A DNA stretch of 59,417 nt, filler included, from Basidiobolus ranarum (taxonomy: Eukaryota): assembly GCA_040143965.1 (NCBI GenBank). It is 8 parts of 8 records of this genome, joined end to end, with 100 filler letters (N's around TTAATTAATTAA, not from the genome) between each part and the next. Parts side by side here need not be neighbours in the genome. Positions count along the whole stretch, not along the records: positions 7,462 to 14,813 come from JASJQH010008008.1; positions 14,914 to 22,257 come from JASJQH010008009.1; positions 22,358 to 29,697 come from JASJQH010008010.1; 5 more parts are not named here. One strand, 5' to 3'. The notes under the pieces are model-generated. The model saw only the letters and a list, made by a program, of their open reading frames with translations, searched no databases and was not told where the DNA came from. Made by a program: the position numbers and the translations under genes. Every line of letters starts with the position of its first letter. Position 1 is the first letter of the stretch. Of the stretch, positions 14,092-26,185 are shown in pieces.

Positions 14092-14639
14092 TTCAGCCAA
14101 TGGACTGAATCATATTAGAACATCATCCTGATAATTCAATAATAAAAAATGTATTACTATCTATTGAGACAACTGTTGACACTACTAATTTAATAACTGA
14201 ATAACATTAATTAAGTGAAACTCAGACACTAGTCGCAAAGATCATACTAGTAACTAAAATCTACATACTTAGTTTATGCTGTTATACAGCATGTGAAGCT
14301 TTCACTTAGCACTTGGCACATTACATATCCAGAATTAATTATAGTGCTGATACAAAATTCAATCTAATTTGGCACTAATAGGAAACCAAGAATGCACAAA
14401 AGTTATAGACTGTCAAGTACTCAACAAACCTGATCTATAGCTGTATTTCTCTAACCAAATGCTTCCAGACATCTCAATGCTTGAGTTATCACCAAAAGTT
14501 TCATCAAGTTTCAAGGACAAGTTTATACAAGTTATTTTGGTGATTTTAAACATGTCAAAGAGTTTTGATACAAGGTTTATGATCTTTTGGGAATATTTGA
14601 AACTCAGTGATGGAGTTTTAAATCATGACTTTATTGTGT

Positions 14640-14813
14640 AAATGTGAGATTTAAATTGAGATCAACTTAAATGCTAAAAGAGATCTATCAGTCCAATTCA
14701 AGATGACCGATTTAGGCAAACTTACGTATTTTTTAGGCCTGCAGATCCATACAGATATATTGAGCAAATCTATCACTCTGAATCAATCTAAATACATCTC
14801 AGACATTCTCAGA
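14640..14813 (+). mobile_element. Ty1/copia reverse transcriptase fragment
   Basis: Translates to KRDLSVQFKMTDLGKLTYFLGLQI...ITLNQSKYISDIL, typical of copia RT. Confidence 0.8.
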
Positions 14814-14913
14814 NNNNNNNNNNNNNNNNNNNNNNNNNNNNNNNNNNNNNNNNNNNNTTAATTAATTAANNNNNNNNNNNNNNNNNNNNNNNNNNNNNNN
14901 NNNNNNNNNNNNN

Positions 14914-15389
14914 TATTCAGATGCAAATTGGGGAAGAGATATTGAAGACAGGAGATCTACAACAGGATACTTATTTCTTTGCTGTAATGGAGCTATTTCT
15001 TGGAATTCAAAGAAACAACCTACTATAGCACTTTCAACAACAGAAGCTGCATACATGGCTGCCTGTGAAGCAACAAAAGAAGCAATATGACTAAGATAAC
15101 TCTTAACAGATTTAGTCTATTCCTCAAATTCACCAACTACAATATTTCAATATAATCAAATTTGTATCAAATTAGCTAAAAATCCCATGTTTCAAAATAG
15201 AAGCAAACATATAGATATTAAGCATCACTTCATTAGAGAGACTATAGAGAACAACTTTATTGACTTAACTTATTGTTCTACAGAAGACATGATTGCTGAT
15301 TTATTAAACAAATTATTAGCTAGACAGAAATTTGAGAAATTTAGACCTTTGTTAGGATTAGTTTATAAGACTATTTAGTTGAGGGAGAG
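14914..15389 (+). mobile_element. Ty1/copia RNase H remnant (with in-frame stops) and polypurine tract
   Basis: YSDANWG..DRRSTTGY..GAISWNSKKQPTIALSTTEAAY..RSKHIDIKHHFIRE..DMIADLL; PPT GAGGGAGAG at 15381-15389. Confidence 0.92.
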
Positions 15390-15737
15390 TGTTGAAGTTA
15401 GCTTTGCCTAAGCACCTATATACTCATATATAGCTTAGTACTTAGTTATCTTATAGTTCACTAAGTTATTACCTACTATTCTCAATTTGAATTTACTTAG
15501 AATATTTTTACCAACTTAGAAGTTCTCAGATATATAGATTTTTCAAACTTTTGCTAGGAGCCCCAAACCTGGCACACATGTTCCTGGGACCTTCCTTAAC
15601 ACATTCTACATGTTAGTTTGCTTATATCTTGACAAAATTATAAATGTCAACTTTCTACTCAATAAATCAATGAGTGAAAACCACCAATTTCTCTAATTCT
15701 CCAAACCACTTCCAACTGGCTCCCAAATACTTCAACG
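15390..15737 (+). repeat. 3' LTR of the copia element (348 bp)
   Basis: Starts TGTTGAAG directly after the PPT; homologous to 30134-30481 and, reverse-complemented, to 44308-44560. Confidence 0.88.
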
Positions 15738-17679
15738 GAATCAACTTAAATGGATTTCTTGGATCATATTTTCAGACAGCATATAAACAGCCCTCTTTTT
15801 GCACCTTTCTCTTTAGAAAAGGAACTCTTAGCAAGATTTACCAGTCTGCTAAAAAACTCTCCCTGTCTTCAAGTCACCAATTTTCCAAGAAATTACTATA
15901 GTAAACAGGCAGTTAAACTTCATTCTCCACCAGACTTTGACAATCAGCATATATTGTTACCATCTTATGCTACATTGGCTTATTTATTCAATACTTGTTT
16001 ATCTACTTGTCAAACAAATATTACACCCAGTGGTGTTTATGATCCCCCTAACCCAAAGAATGGCCAAAACAATGAGCCCAGGCTGTGATGTTAATATTCT
16101 TAGCTTTTATTTCTCCCTATATAAATATGGTATCACTGTATGGTGATATCCCTCTGTCTCAGTATCACAATTTGTAAACCTCATGTGCAAGGTAAGCGTA
16201 ATTCAATCCTGTCTTCCTGACCTCTCTAAGAAGGTTGGTAAGCCTGCTATACCACTTTTACTTGTACTTCTTCGCAAAGAAGTGTTCAATTCCAGAATGT
16301 TTGCTTTTATCTGTTGAAATTGGCAGAATAACCATCTTATTCTATGTTTACCAACTAAAACAAACTTGATCACCTCTATAGGGCCATATCAAGCTATAAA
16401 AAGGATATTGGATTTTGAGATGCAGCTACTTCTTCTCACTCTGAGAGCCTCCGTGGTGAAATGTTCCTCCGCAATGGATCCCAATGAATACAGATCGCAG
16501 TGTTGGCCTGGTTTCAAAAACTCAAATATCGAAAACACGGATAAGTAAACTGGACTTGTATATTCAGCTCTCAATCACTTATACCCTGATCAACGATCGG
16601 TGTGCGTCTGCACTTTGTGAGCAAGTGAATACGAGCAATATCTGTATCCCTGCAGTTCACAGTTAACTAGCGATGATACTGGTCTATTCTTCAATGTTGG
16701 AAATCATAAATCTGGATAACAGGAGAGTTCGGTTGAAGTAATAATAGGAGCCAGGTGAAAGAGTTGTGTAGGTGTACCACATAGTGGCATACTTCCCAGA
16801 ATTCAGTTCTACGATATATCTCATTGATTGACAGCTATCTTATACCAACTTTTCGCGGTTCAACTTGGATGCCATCAAGTCAAATTTCTTTAGAGGGTGC
16901 AATTTTAACTCTGCAGACATTGCTAGTAGCTAATTTTTAAACGAGTACACTTCAAATTGGCACCTTCCTTGCTTCATGAAACACACATTGCTACATTAAC
17001 ACAGCCGAAATTGAGCATACTCACTTGGTATTGAGTGGCATGCAATTATTATTAGATTACACAATTTACAAATGTAGCTGTTGCTATGTCATGGCATTGT
17101 TTACGGTAAAGCTTTTCTACCCATCAATCAAAGGTGTCATGCCCGCGAAAGTTCTCTTTCAAACAGACCGGTTTTCGCCTCTTTAGTTTTTGCTCTCTCA
17201 TTATCGTGTTCGTCGAGTGGGACAAACTGTCCGTAAGATATCGGTATACATCAATATTGTTATTAGATACTGGATTTTGAAGTCAATTTTCCATTGAATT
17301 CGGATGAACATTTGCAATGCATCATGATTGGGGCATTCATATTAAAGCTACTGTATTCTGCATCCTCAGAATAACTCTGGTTTTAAGTTTCATTCCTGTT
17401 CACTTGGATCTTGCATGGATCAATTGCAATTGGTGTAACACTAAACAGCGAATCAATACCCACCGAACCCCATGACTTATGTATGCATGATACCTTTCCA
17501 GAAGATTTCCTATTTGGATCTGGCTTCACGCATACTTAACCCCTTCATCTCTACCAAAATACTGGTGCCATTTTTACTGTGTAAATTTAGTAGCTATCTT
17601 ACACTATCATCTTTGAGCTTTGCATCATATTGTGTCCCTACTGTTAATAAGTACAAAGCCGCAATATATTTCTAAAGTC

Positions 17680-19118
17680 ATGTCAGATATCAATTTGGTA
17701 CATAATCCTGACCACAGTGAAAATGCTCTCTCCGAGAAAACTCAAATAGCCGTTCTGGGTACTGGGTGGTTTGGCAGAGCTATGAGTAAACGACTACTTG
17801 ACTCAGGTTACCAAGTTTTACTAGGAACACGAAATCCCACTCGAGCAAAGGGAAATTTCAAACTTCCTGTTGAGCCTGTCAATTATGTTGAGGCCATTCA
17901 GAAAACGGATATCGTCATCCTGTGTTTACCTCAGCAAGCGCATTCCTCCTTTATTAAAGACTATGGGTCTTTTGTCAAAGGTAAAATAGTCATTGACGTA
18001 ACTAATCCGCTTCATTATCATTCCGGGAACGATTTAAACATGTCTATTGCCGAAAACTTGCAAGCCGCCTTACCTGAGGCTAGGGTAGTAAAAGCTTTTA
18101 ACACACTATCTGCTTACTCCCTGGAGGTACACACACATGGATTAACACGTGAAGTATATATATGCACCAATGATCCAGGAGTTCTTCGTAAGGTATCAGA
18201 AATGGTCCGCAAGATAGGGTAACTATACTCATGATTTCATTACATTGTATTCGATATGTTCACTCCGGAAGGCTAATGTTATTTGTCATCAAAAGCTATA
18301 CCCCTGTCGATTCTGGCACTCTAGCCATGTCCCGATCAGTAGAAGCAATGCCATTATCATTTTTTGAGAACTGGAGACTACCTTTAGCTGTTTGCGCTGG
18401 ACTTCACATTTTTTTCTTTCTGTATCTGCTCATAACTCGATATGTTATAGTCGCTACACCAAATTACAACAATTTGCCATTATTTGTAAGCTGACCAAAT
18501 CTATGTAATTGTTGAATCTTAATACTAATATGGCGTAATTAGGGGTTCAATAGTACTGTGGCCGATACAGCATTGGGACTCTTTTCCCTCGCCAATTTGG
18601 CTGGTTGCGTAGCCAACATTTTTCAACTTGTCCGCGGAAGAGCAAATCAACCTTTTCCGCCTTGGTTAGCGAACTGGCTAAACTCGCGGAAGCAGCTGGG
18701 ATTGCTCGGGTTTTTGTACATGGGTGTGCATATTTTCATGTCCACATCGTATGCACATTTGTATAGGCACATAGTAGGTGGATACATTAACGGGCCAGCT
18801 CAGGCTGGACTACTCCTGGCTCATATTAGCGCACTTATATACTCCATTCTGTGGGTTGTATCTCTTCCGTCGGTTGGCAATTTGTTAAGTTGGAGAGAGT
18901 GGAGGTTTATTCAATCAACATTAGGTTGGACTGCTCTGGCCTTGGGATTCATTCACACAGTATTGATGGTATATCCTTTCTGGATGATGGTTGTGAACAT
19001 TCCAAACATCGCGATGTTAGGGTCTATCCTTCCAGTCCTTGCATTTATCTTAAAGTTTTTCCTACTTTTACCACCTGTGCAATCCAAGATCCAGCTGATT
19101 CAACAAGGAAAAGCTTAA
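17680..19118 (+). CDS. STEAP-family metalloreductase (NADPH oxidoreductase domain + ferric reductase TM domain); introns 18219-18295 and 18486-18542
   Basis: Rossmann GTGWFG, IDVTNP, SIAENLQ..VVKAFNTLSAY, TPVDSGTLAMSRSVEAMPL, RKQLGLLG, WREWRFIQSTLG, and two TM histidines (MGVHIF, GFIHTV); both introns keep the frame. Confidence 0.87.
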
Positions 19119-21185
19119 GATACGTTGGATTCACAACGCCCAATTCTATTAAATCTAAATTTACCATCACATATCTTAATATCTGTACAGCATCAGTGTA
19201 TTTCCCCAGATGTAGTAGCAATAGCTTAAGCTTGTCGGTTCATTGATAAATTGCATATTTGATCAAGGGAAGATAGTACAGCTGGAAATACTAGTTTGAT
19301 GGGATTACAGTCTAGTCCCTTTGAATAAACAGAGACTGATCAGACAAGTAGGATCAGCATCTCACTTTACTTGCATACGTCTGAAAATATACCTGGTCTG
19401 ATTGATTCATTCTGCGTTTGACCTCATTGACTTTATTGGCAAGCTAATACAAGTGACATGGAGCGAAGTAATGTTTCTCCAATTCTTCATATAGATATTC
19501 ATAAGATTCCTTCTCAATATAGCAATATTCTAGAAATCCGACGTTAGAACATGGAGTTGCATTTACCATGAACTTTGTACCGTTGTGAACTGTTTTAGGG
19601 AAGCCTCTACAGTAGCTTGCTTTTGGTCAATATAGCTTGAGTGACATGACGAGTAAGTGGTGTAAATGAGGAAGTTACCATGGTGCATCTTCATGTATTC
19701 GTAGATACGTCGTCAGCCTTGTATCACCACGATTATCGAACGTTTAATGAAAAAGCATGTACAATAGGTTTGTGAGTACAATGTGCTTTCTCGACGACTG
19801 AGCACTCTGCCTGGCCAATTCTTCTTTCAATGATCAACAACTGCACCAGCGATTTGATTGATTTGCTAAACCGCTGCCTTGCTTAACCCAATGCAATGAC
19901 ATATAGATAGGACTTACTAAAACCGGGTCTGCTAATATTATTAGTGCTACCTGTACGGTACAACGGATCGAAATATACTCAATACTTGATCCGAATATGG
20001 AAATGATCTAGAAGAAAAGACTCTTTTGGGCTCCTTAAGGGATAACGAATAGAGATTCACTTCGTGGTGAGGGAAAAGTAAAGAGTGGGTGGATATGAGA
20101 TGTGAGCATCAGCATCATCGGTATCAGTGTGTGACTCGTCGTGTTATGCGTGTTATGGCTGGCAAAGAAGACATTCTAGACGTGACGTTGATCACTAGCT
20201 GTGGAATACCGTTTCTGTAATACGATTGACTTCAGTGATCAACTTCGATAGAGTAGAGTTATTGTAATGCTACGTGGGTATCGCCATCACATCATTCCAA
20301 TCCATTTTCCGTAAACAGCTTTGGCATAGGGGCATTTCATACAATTTCTAGATAACTACCGAATTAGTGAATCAAGTATATTCTCGAATAGGTGTAAGTA
20401 GCTTCCAGCGGATTCCCTAAAGCAGCTATATTGCTGTTGATTGGTGAGGATTGATTAGTGGTGAGAAATCGTGTTACCTGGTTTGGAAAGAGCTAAGGGC
20501 TATATGATATGCATCTCAATGATTTAACGATATTCACATACATCAGTTCTGTTGCTGTATCACCTCAAGAGCAGCTTGTACCATTAGTAATCAAACTGGC
20601 TTGATTCCATCAAATCTTTCAACTATCTAAAGCTTCTACTAGTGCAGGTTTGTGCAGATTCGAAGCGTTCATTGATTGGTTTCCAGATGATTCATATCAC
20701 TACCATTCATAACTGGAACAGCAGTGAACACAATACGATTGATTAAATTAAATACGTTCGTGTTCCAATTGTTCTAGAAGGTTTCTCTATTCACAAACAT
20801 TACCATCCAACGCAGATGGCCAGTATAGTATTGATATGTACTCTAGTTTAAATCCACGGTTTCAAAAAAGGAAACTCGATGGAAAACCATTCTGGCTGAG
20901 AGAAGGACGGGAATTTCAAAGTTTATTGGGGAGTGTAGGGGGTAGATTGGGAATATGAGGGTAACACTCGAAAGGTGGGGTGGACGGAGTATGATGATTC
21001 TGCTGATAGGTAGGACAAGCGTAATGGATAAAAGCAACCCATCTACCGCTAATCCTAGATACCTCACTGCCCCTTCACTCCATTCTTCCTTTGAGTTTCG
21101 TGTGCTTTATTCATACTAAAGTTACTTTGATAAGGTGGTGCGATTTCCTCAATTTTCCCGTCAATTTTAAGTCACAAATATCACC

Positions 21186-22257
21186 ATGGTTGAATTATCC
21201 CAGTGTGTTGTGGAGCAAGTTAATAATGCTGAGAAATACGAAGTCGATGGGGTGACGACCATAGAAAACAAAGTCAGAGTGGCAGTGATTGGAACTGGAT
21301 GGTTCGGTCGAGCAATTGCGAAGCGTTTGTTATCTAATGGCTTTGATGTCTATCTAGCCTCTCGTAATCCTGGAAAAGTTGGATTTGAGTTGCCCTGTGA
21401 ACCCACCTCCTATACACAGGCCCTTACAGCTTGTCACATCATTTTCCTGTGTATACCTTGGGCGGCGCATTTAACTTTTGCTTCCGAATTTGAGGAATTA
21501 TTGAATATCAAGGTAGTTGTGGATATTGCCAACCCTGGTAACATTCACAGTGGTACCAATTTGGGGATATCGATTGCGGAGAGACTGCAAAGATCGCTTC
21601 CAGGCGCGCAAATCGTCAAAGGCTTTAATACTATCTCTGCTTACTCCATGAGTAATGATATAAAAGGCTTGAATCAAGAAGTCTACCTTTGTTCCGATTA
21701 TCCCGAGGCATTGAAAGAAGTCAGCACCTTGACAAGAACTCTAGGGTAAGTTATTTTATATTAGCAAAAGCTCTCAATATCTTGGACTTACGTAGGATGC
21801 TTTTATTATAGTTACAACCCAGTAGATTCCGGTACTCTTTCTCAGGCGCGAAATATTGAAGCCATTCCATTGGCATTGTTTGAAGAATGGCGCAAACCGA
21901 CCACTTTCACACTCATACTATTATTCTTCTTTATTTTCTACAACATTCTATCTGAGCAACTAATCAAGAATGTGAGCTGGGCGTTGTTCCCATTGAACGT
22001 AAGCTTTATCTTGTATTCCTGCATTTCAACTGTATTTATACTAATACTGCTCTATTGATAGAACATGAACTCTATTTTCGCTAGTACGTCAATGAATTTA
22101 TTCGCTGTGGCTAATTTCGCGGGTTGTGTGGCGAACGTCATTCAACTTTGGACTGGTACGGCGCAACAACAATTCCCACAATGGCTTGCTAGTTGGTTGA
22201 ATCATCGTTAACAACTTGGGCTTTATGGATTCATGTTTTTGTCCATGCATCTATTCA
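21186..22257 (+). pseudogene. second STEAP-family paralog with in-frame TAA at 22209-22211; 3'-truncated; introns 21746-21811 and 21999-22061
   Basis: Same motifs and intron positions as 17680-19118; reads WLNHR*QLGLYGF where the paralog reads WLNSRKQLGLLGF. Confidence 0.75.
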
Positions 22258-22357
22258 NNNNNNNNNNNNNNNNNNNNNNNNNNNNNNNNNNNNNNNNNNN
22301 NTTAATTAATTAANNNNNNNNNNNNNNNNNNNNNNNNNNNNNNNNNNNNNNNNNNNN

Positions 22358-23345
22358 CTTCGTCGTGTCAAGCGTCATCGCTCAGGATGCCCAGAAATCT
22401 TTGGTCGATAATACTGTTGCGAACCCTAGTCTAGCAACACTCACCACCATTGTCGGTAACCCTGCTTTTAGTGCCGTCAAGACACTTTTGTCTGGGAGCG
22501 GTCCATATACTGTGTTTGCCCCTAATGATGCCGCTTTCGCTGCTGCTCAAGTTGATACTTCAAACGTTACACTTGTACAGGAAGTACTGATGTACCACGT
22601 TATCTCAGGGAAGATCATGTCAGCAGACCTACAACCACTTCAATTCCCATCCACTCTTCTGAACAGCTCGGATCTAGTAAACCTTCCCGACGGAAAACCC
22701 CAAGTGCTTGGCGTCAGCAAGGGGAGCAAAGGGGTGGCGGTTTCCTTTGGATTGAAAAGCGCCAATGTTGTCCAAGCGGACCTTGCATCCTCCAACGGGG
22801 TGATCCACATCATTGATCAAGTGCTTATGCCTCCTACAAAGCCTAGCCAAACAGCCACTAGTGCCAACCTGACAGCACTCGTAGATATCCTGAATAAAGC
22901 AAACCTCACAGAGACAGTGGATGGACTGAAGGGAGCCACTATCTTTGCACCGACTAATGATGCTCTAACCAAGGCGAATGCCGGGACGCTAAATACCACA
23001 ATGTTGATGGATGTGCTCAAATACCACGTGATCAGTCCCAGTGTCAAATACTCTACTGACCTCAAAGATGGTGATAAGCTTACCACACTCCAAGGGACTA
23101 CACTGAGTGTCCAGGTCAGTGGAGGGAATGTGATGATCAACGGAATGAAGGTCTCCACTCCTAATGTGCTAACAAACAATGGAGTGGTCCATGTTCTGGA
23201 TGGAGTGTTGATCCCTGGACAGCAGTCTAACTCGACCCTTAGCGCGAATGGAGCTAAGCCCGCTGGTAACTCCGGAGTCGTAATCAGCTCCATTACTCCA
23301 GGTGGAGTTATGTTAGGACTCTTAGCTCTTGTTCTTGCACAATAA
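22358..23345 (+). CDS. two-domain fasciclin (FAS1) cell-surface protein, likely GPI-anchored, 5'-truncated
   Basis: Two FAS1 repeats (YTVFAPNDAAF..YHVI..NGVIHIIDQVL; TIFAPTNDA..YHVI..NGVVHVLDGVL) and a hydrophobic C-terminus. Confidence 0.92.
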
Positions 23346-23705
23346 AAGTGGATATTCCGATATGCTTTAGTCACTTAGCCCAACACCATCCAACTAGTGG
23401 ATAACTTACGCAAATTTTCAATCGGATATTTTACCATCTATATCAATAAAATCTTCAATATACTGATTATACGCAAATTGAATCAAGTGTAAATGCACTA
23501 TGTGAGTCAATCAATGATCATATGTATATTGTATGCACTTCTTAATAAATTGATCCATCTTCTTTTTACAAATCACTCTGCTAAATTTCAACACACATGT
23601 CATCAATAGACTAATTTGTCTTTACTATAACTTACATGCATTCTTTTCTCTCTCCTTTGATTTTTTCCTCTTTATCTCATATACATAATTATATATAACA
23701 CTACT

Positions 23706-25771
23706 ATGTCAGAAGAAGAAACATAAGAGGTAAATAGTGAACATACATTGACAGCCTTACTATTCTGTTCTTGTATATTTTTTGCTTTTACAGGAAGCTG
23801 AAAAGAGTTCTTGTTTTTCATCGAGTGTTAAGTGAATAATAATGGTCAAAATGTCAGTTTCTACCATTGAATAGAAGGAACAATACAGGCCTGTACTGAA
23901 AGAGTTGGCCAAAGACAATGAATTTGGCTTGAAAGAATATGTGGCAAAAGATTTTTTCATCAAGTCTTTTTGTCTCATGTTGACAAATGGGTTGGGAATG
24001 GAAGTATGACTGGCAAATCCCAGCTTTCAGCAAAAGTGTTAGGTAATAGAGAAAATAAACACTTATAGAGAAGAATATTGTCAACTTGCTTCTTATGCAC
24101 CTTTTAAATTGGTGAATGCTCAACAAATAGCCATCTATAAAAGCACCAAGATTCATACCACCTACATTAATAATGTAGCTCTGGACTTTGGAAATCATCT
24201 CAGAGTGTTTTTAAACAAGGCTTTATGAAAAAAAGAAAAGATCAAGAAGTTGACTCAAGATATGGAAAACAACAGCTGCTCAGAAGAGAAAATAAAGACT
24301 TCAGTCAAAGCCAATATACTTGATGTTTGTGAGCAGAAATATCTTCAAGAACTGTACCAACTGCACCAGCAAATATCTTGAACAACATGACTGTCCATAG
24401 AATTCAAAACTTTTTGGATGTTTACCCAGACAATTACAAGTTTGCAAAGAGCTCTGTTTACTACAATGTCAAAGCAAACCCGAAGCAACATTTACATGCA
24501 TTTTATATCCTTGCAAAAACATGTGAAGATAACAATATGAAATAATTTGATGTTTCCCCCTGCAAAAAAGCTTTGTCCCTTCTTATATGACAATAGATAC
24601 TAAGATCTTGAACTATGATATATTGAGAAACAAGAATTTCACTGGAAACAAGGTTGATATTTGGAGTAGTGTTGTCAATCTAAACTGTGAAGCTCTTAAA
24701 AGTCAAAATGCCAAGACAATGAAGTTTGTAGGGGCCATTGACAGAGTTGGTATGTCTATGCTTAAACAGAACTTTAGCACTGCCAGAAGAGGCGCTTTAA
24801 GTGGTCGCCAGAAAATGAAGGCTGTTGACGACGGTGTTCCTTATATTGAAAAGTTATCAAAAGATGAAATCCTTGAGACTACAGAGAATTGTGCTTATTG
24901 ATCCTGGTTGTGGTGATCTTTTATACCGTATGCATGAAACAATTGAAACGAAAGGAAGACACTTCTGGAAGCTTCGACAAATCTTAAAACCTGCTTGTAT
25001 TCAAGAACTTGAAAATAATCTTAGTAAAACACCTGCTTCAACAGCGATTGTTTAAACAGCTCTAAAGAGAATTCCAAGAAAGAGTATGAATATCGCCGTA
25101 AAATGGTAGATGAATTGACAGCCACCATCAATTACATGCTGGCATTACCTTTCAGAAAAATCAAGTTATCTAGCAGAATTAATAGACTACAATCTGACCA
25201 AAAATTAGCAAACAGTTTGAAGAGGAAATTCGGAGATGCTGTTTTGGTTTTAGGTGACTGGTCATCTGCGAATGTGAAATTTCATGAGCCAATTAGAGGG
25301 AAAGGAATGCGACGTATGCTGCGAGAAGCAGGGTTCAAAGTTCTGTTGTTGAACGGGTTCCACACTGCAAGTTTTTGCCTCGAATGTGAGCTCTCAGAAT
25401 TGGAAAAATTCAAAACCATTCCAAACCCAAGAGTTTTCAGACGAAACAAGATGCCAACTGTAAAATGACATGGTCTTTGAAGGTGCTGTCCGGGATGATA
25501 CAGAAAGAAAGAAAAGAAAATGAAAGCTAGTATTTTTTCGTCAAATAGGTGCACAAACCAAAATTGTTTGAAGACCATGACAGCCAGTAGCATTAGACGA
25601 CTTTGGAACCGAGACCTTGCTGCAGTACTTAATTTCCGTCATATCTTAACTTTGCTTAGAGAAAAAGCCACCCGTCCTGACCGATTTATGCCCCAAAAGC
25701 AAGGTAAAAGAAAAGGAAAGCCAAGAATCAAACACTCTTCCTCCTCAGTTATCGCTGTAGGATACCAATAG
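23706..25771 (+). pseudogene. Fanzor (eukaryotic TnpB-like RuvC nuclease), degraded; putative introns 23730-23793 and 25483-25548
   Basis: RuvC-I VLIDPG..DLL (Asp 24900-24902); VLGDWS..HEPIRGKGMRRML..GFKVLLLNGFHT then CLEC; HGL.R|CTNQNC; RuvC-III LWNRDLAAVLNF (Asp 25613-25615); N-terminal NAQQIAIY..TYINNV..FGNHLR and PSYMTIDTKIL blocks recognised from fungal Fanzors. Multiple stops and frameshifts. Confidence 0.85.
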
Positions 25772-25926
25772 TACAGGTAAGATTTTAAAAAATATGTTGA
25801 TTGTTTAGAAATTATTATGTCCACAAAAAAAAACTAAAACGTCTAGTCTTACTGCTGACATTCGTCTGAATGCTTGCTCTTCTATGATTGTCTAATTATT
25901 TTTTATAATCGTCTAATTTTAGGTTA
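25690..25926 (+). ncRNA. candidate Fanzor omegaRNA scaffold / transposon right end (copy 1)
   Basis: Overlaps the Fanzor C-terminus and continues about 155 bp past it; conserved with 27604-27868, with similarity ending sharply at TTTTAGGTTA. RNA function is inferred. Confidence 0.5.
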
Positions 25927-26185
25927 CTGTACAGGATGTAAGTTAAGTTTACTCAGAGTAAATTTCGTAAAGCTTTGTTTACTTGAGACAAAGCATCCAA
26001 ATCAATACACTAATGAATCATACGAGTAAAACCAAAGGTCATATGATGCAATAGTTTTTACCCACTTGGCATTTGTCAATGGCGTAAGTACAAATTCCTT
26101 CAATTAGTAATCAGATAATTATATTTAATGAGGTAAAAACCAACATCCCCTCTACCTGCACCACCACAACACAACCTCATACAAT

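Noticed and set aside
14640-15389. Copia RT followed by RNase H across the spacer, looking like one element
   Set aside because: The two parts lie on different size-sorted contigs, so adjacency is not evidence of contiguity.
15750-16146. Short ORFs downstream of the LTR
   Set aside because: No recognisable domain; CpG-poor, probably decayed repeat sequence.
22817-23374. 185-aa minus-strand ORF
   Set aside because: Antisense shadow of the fasciclin gene.
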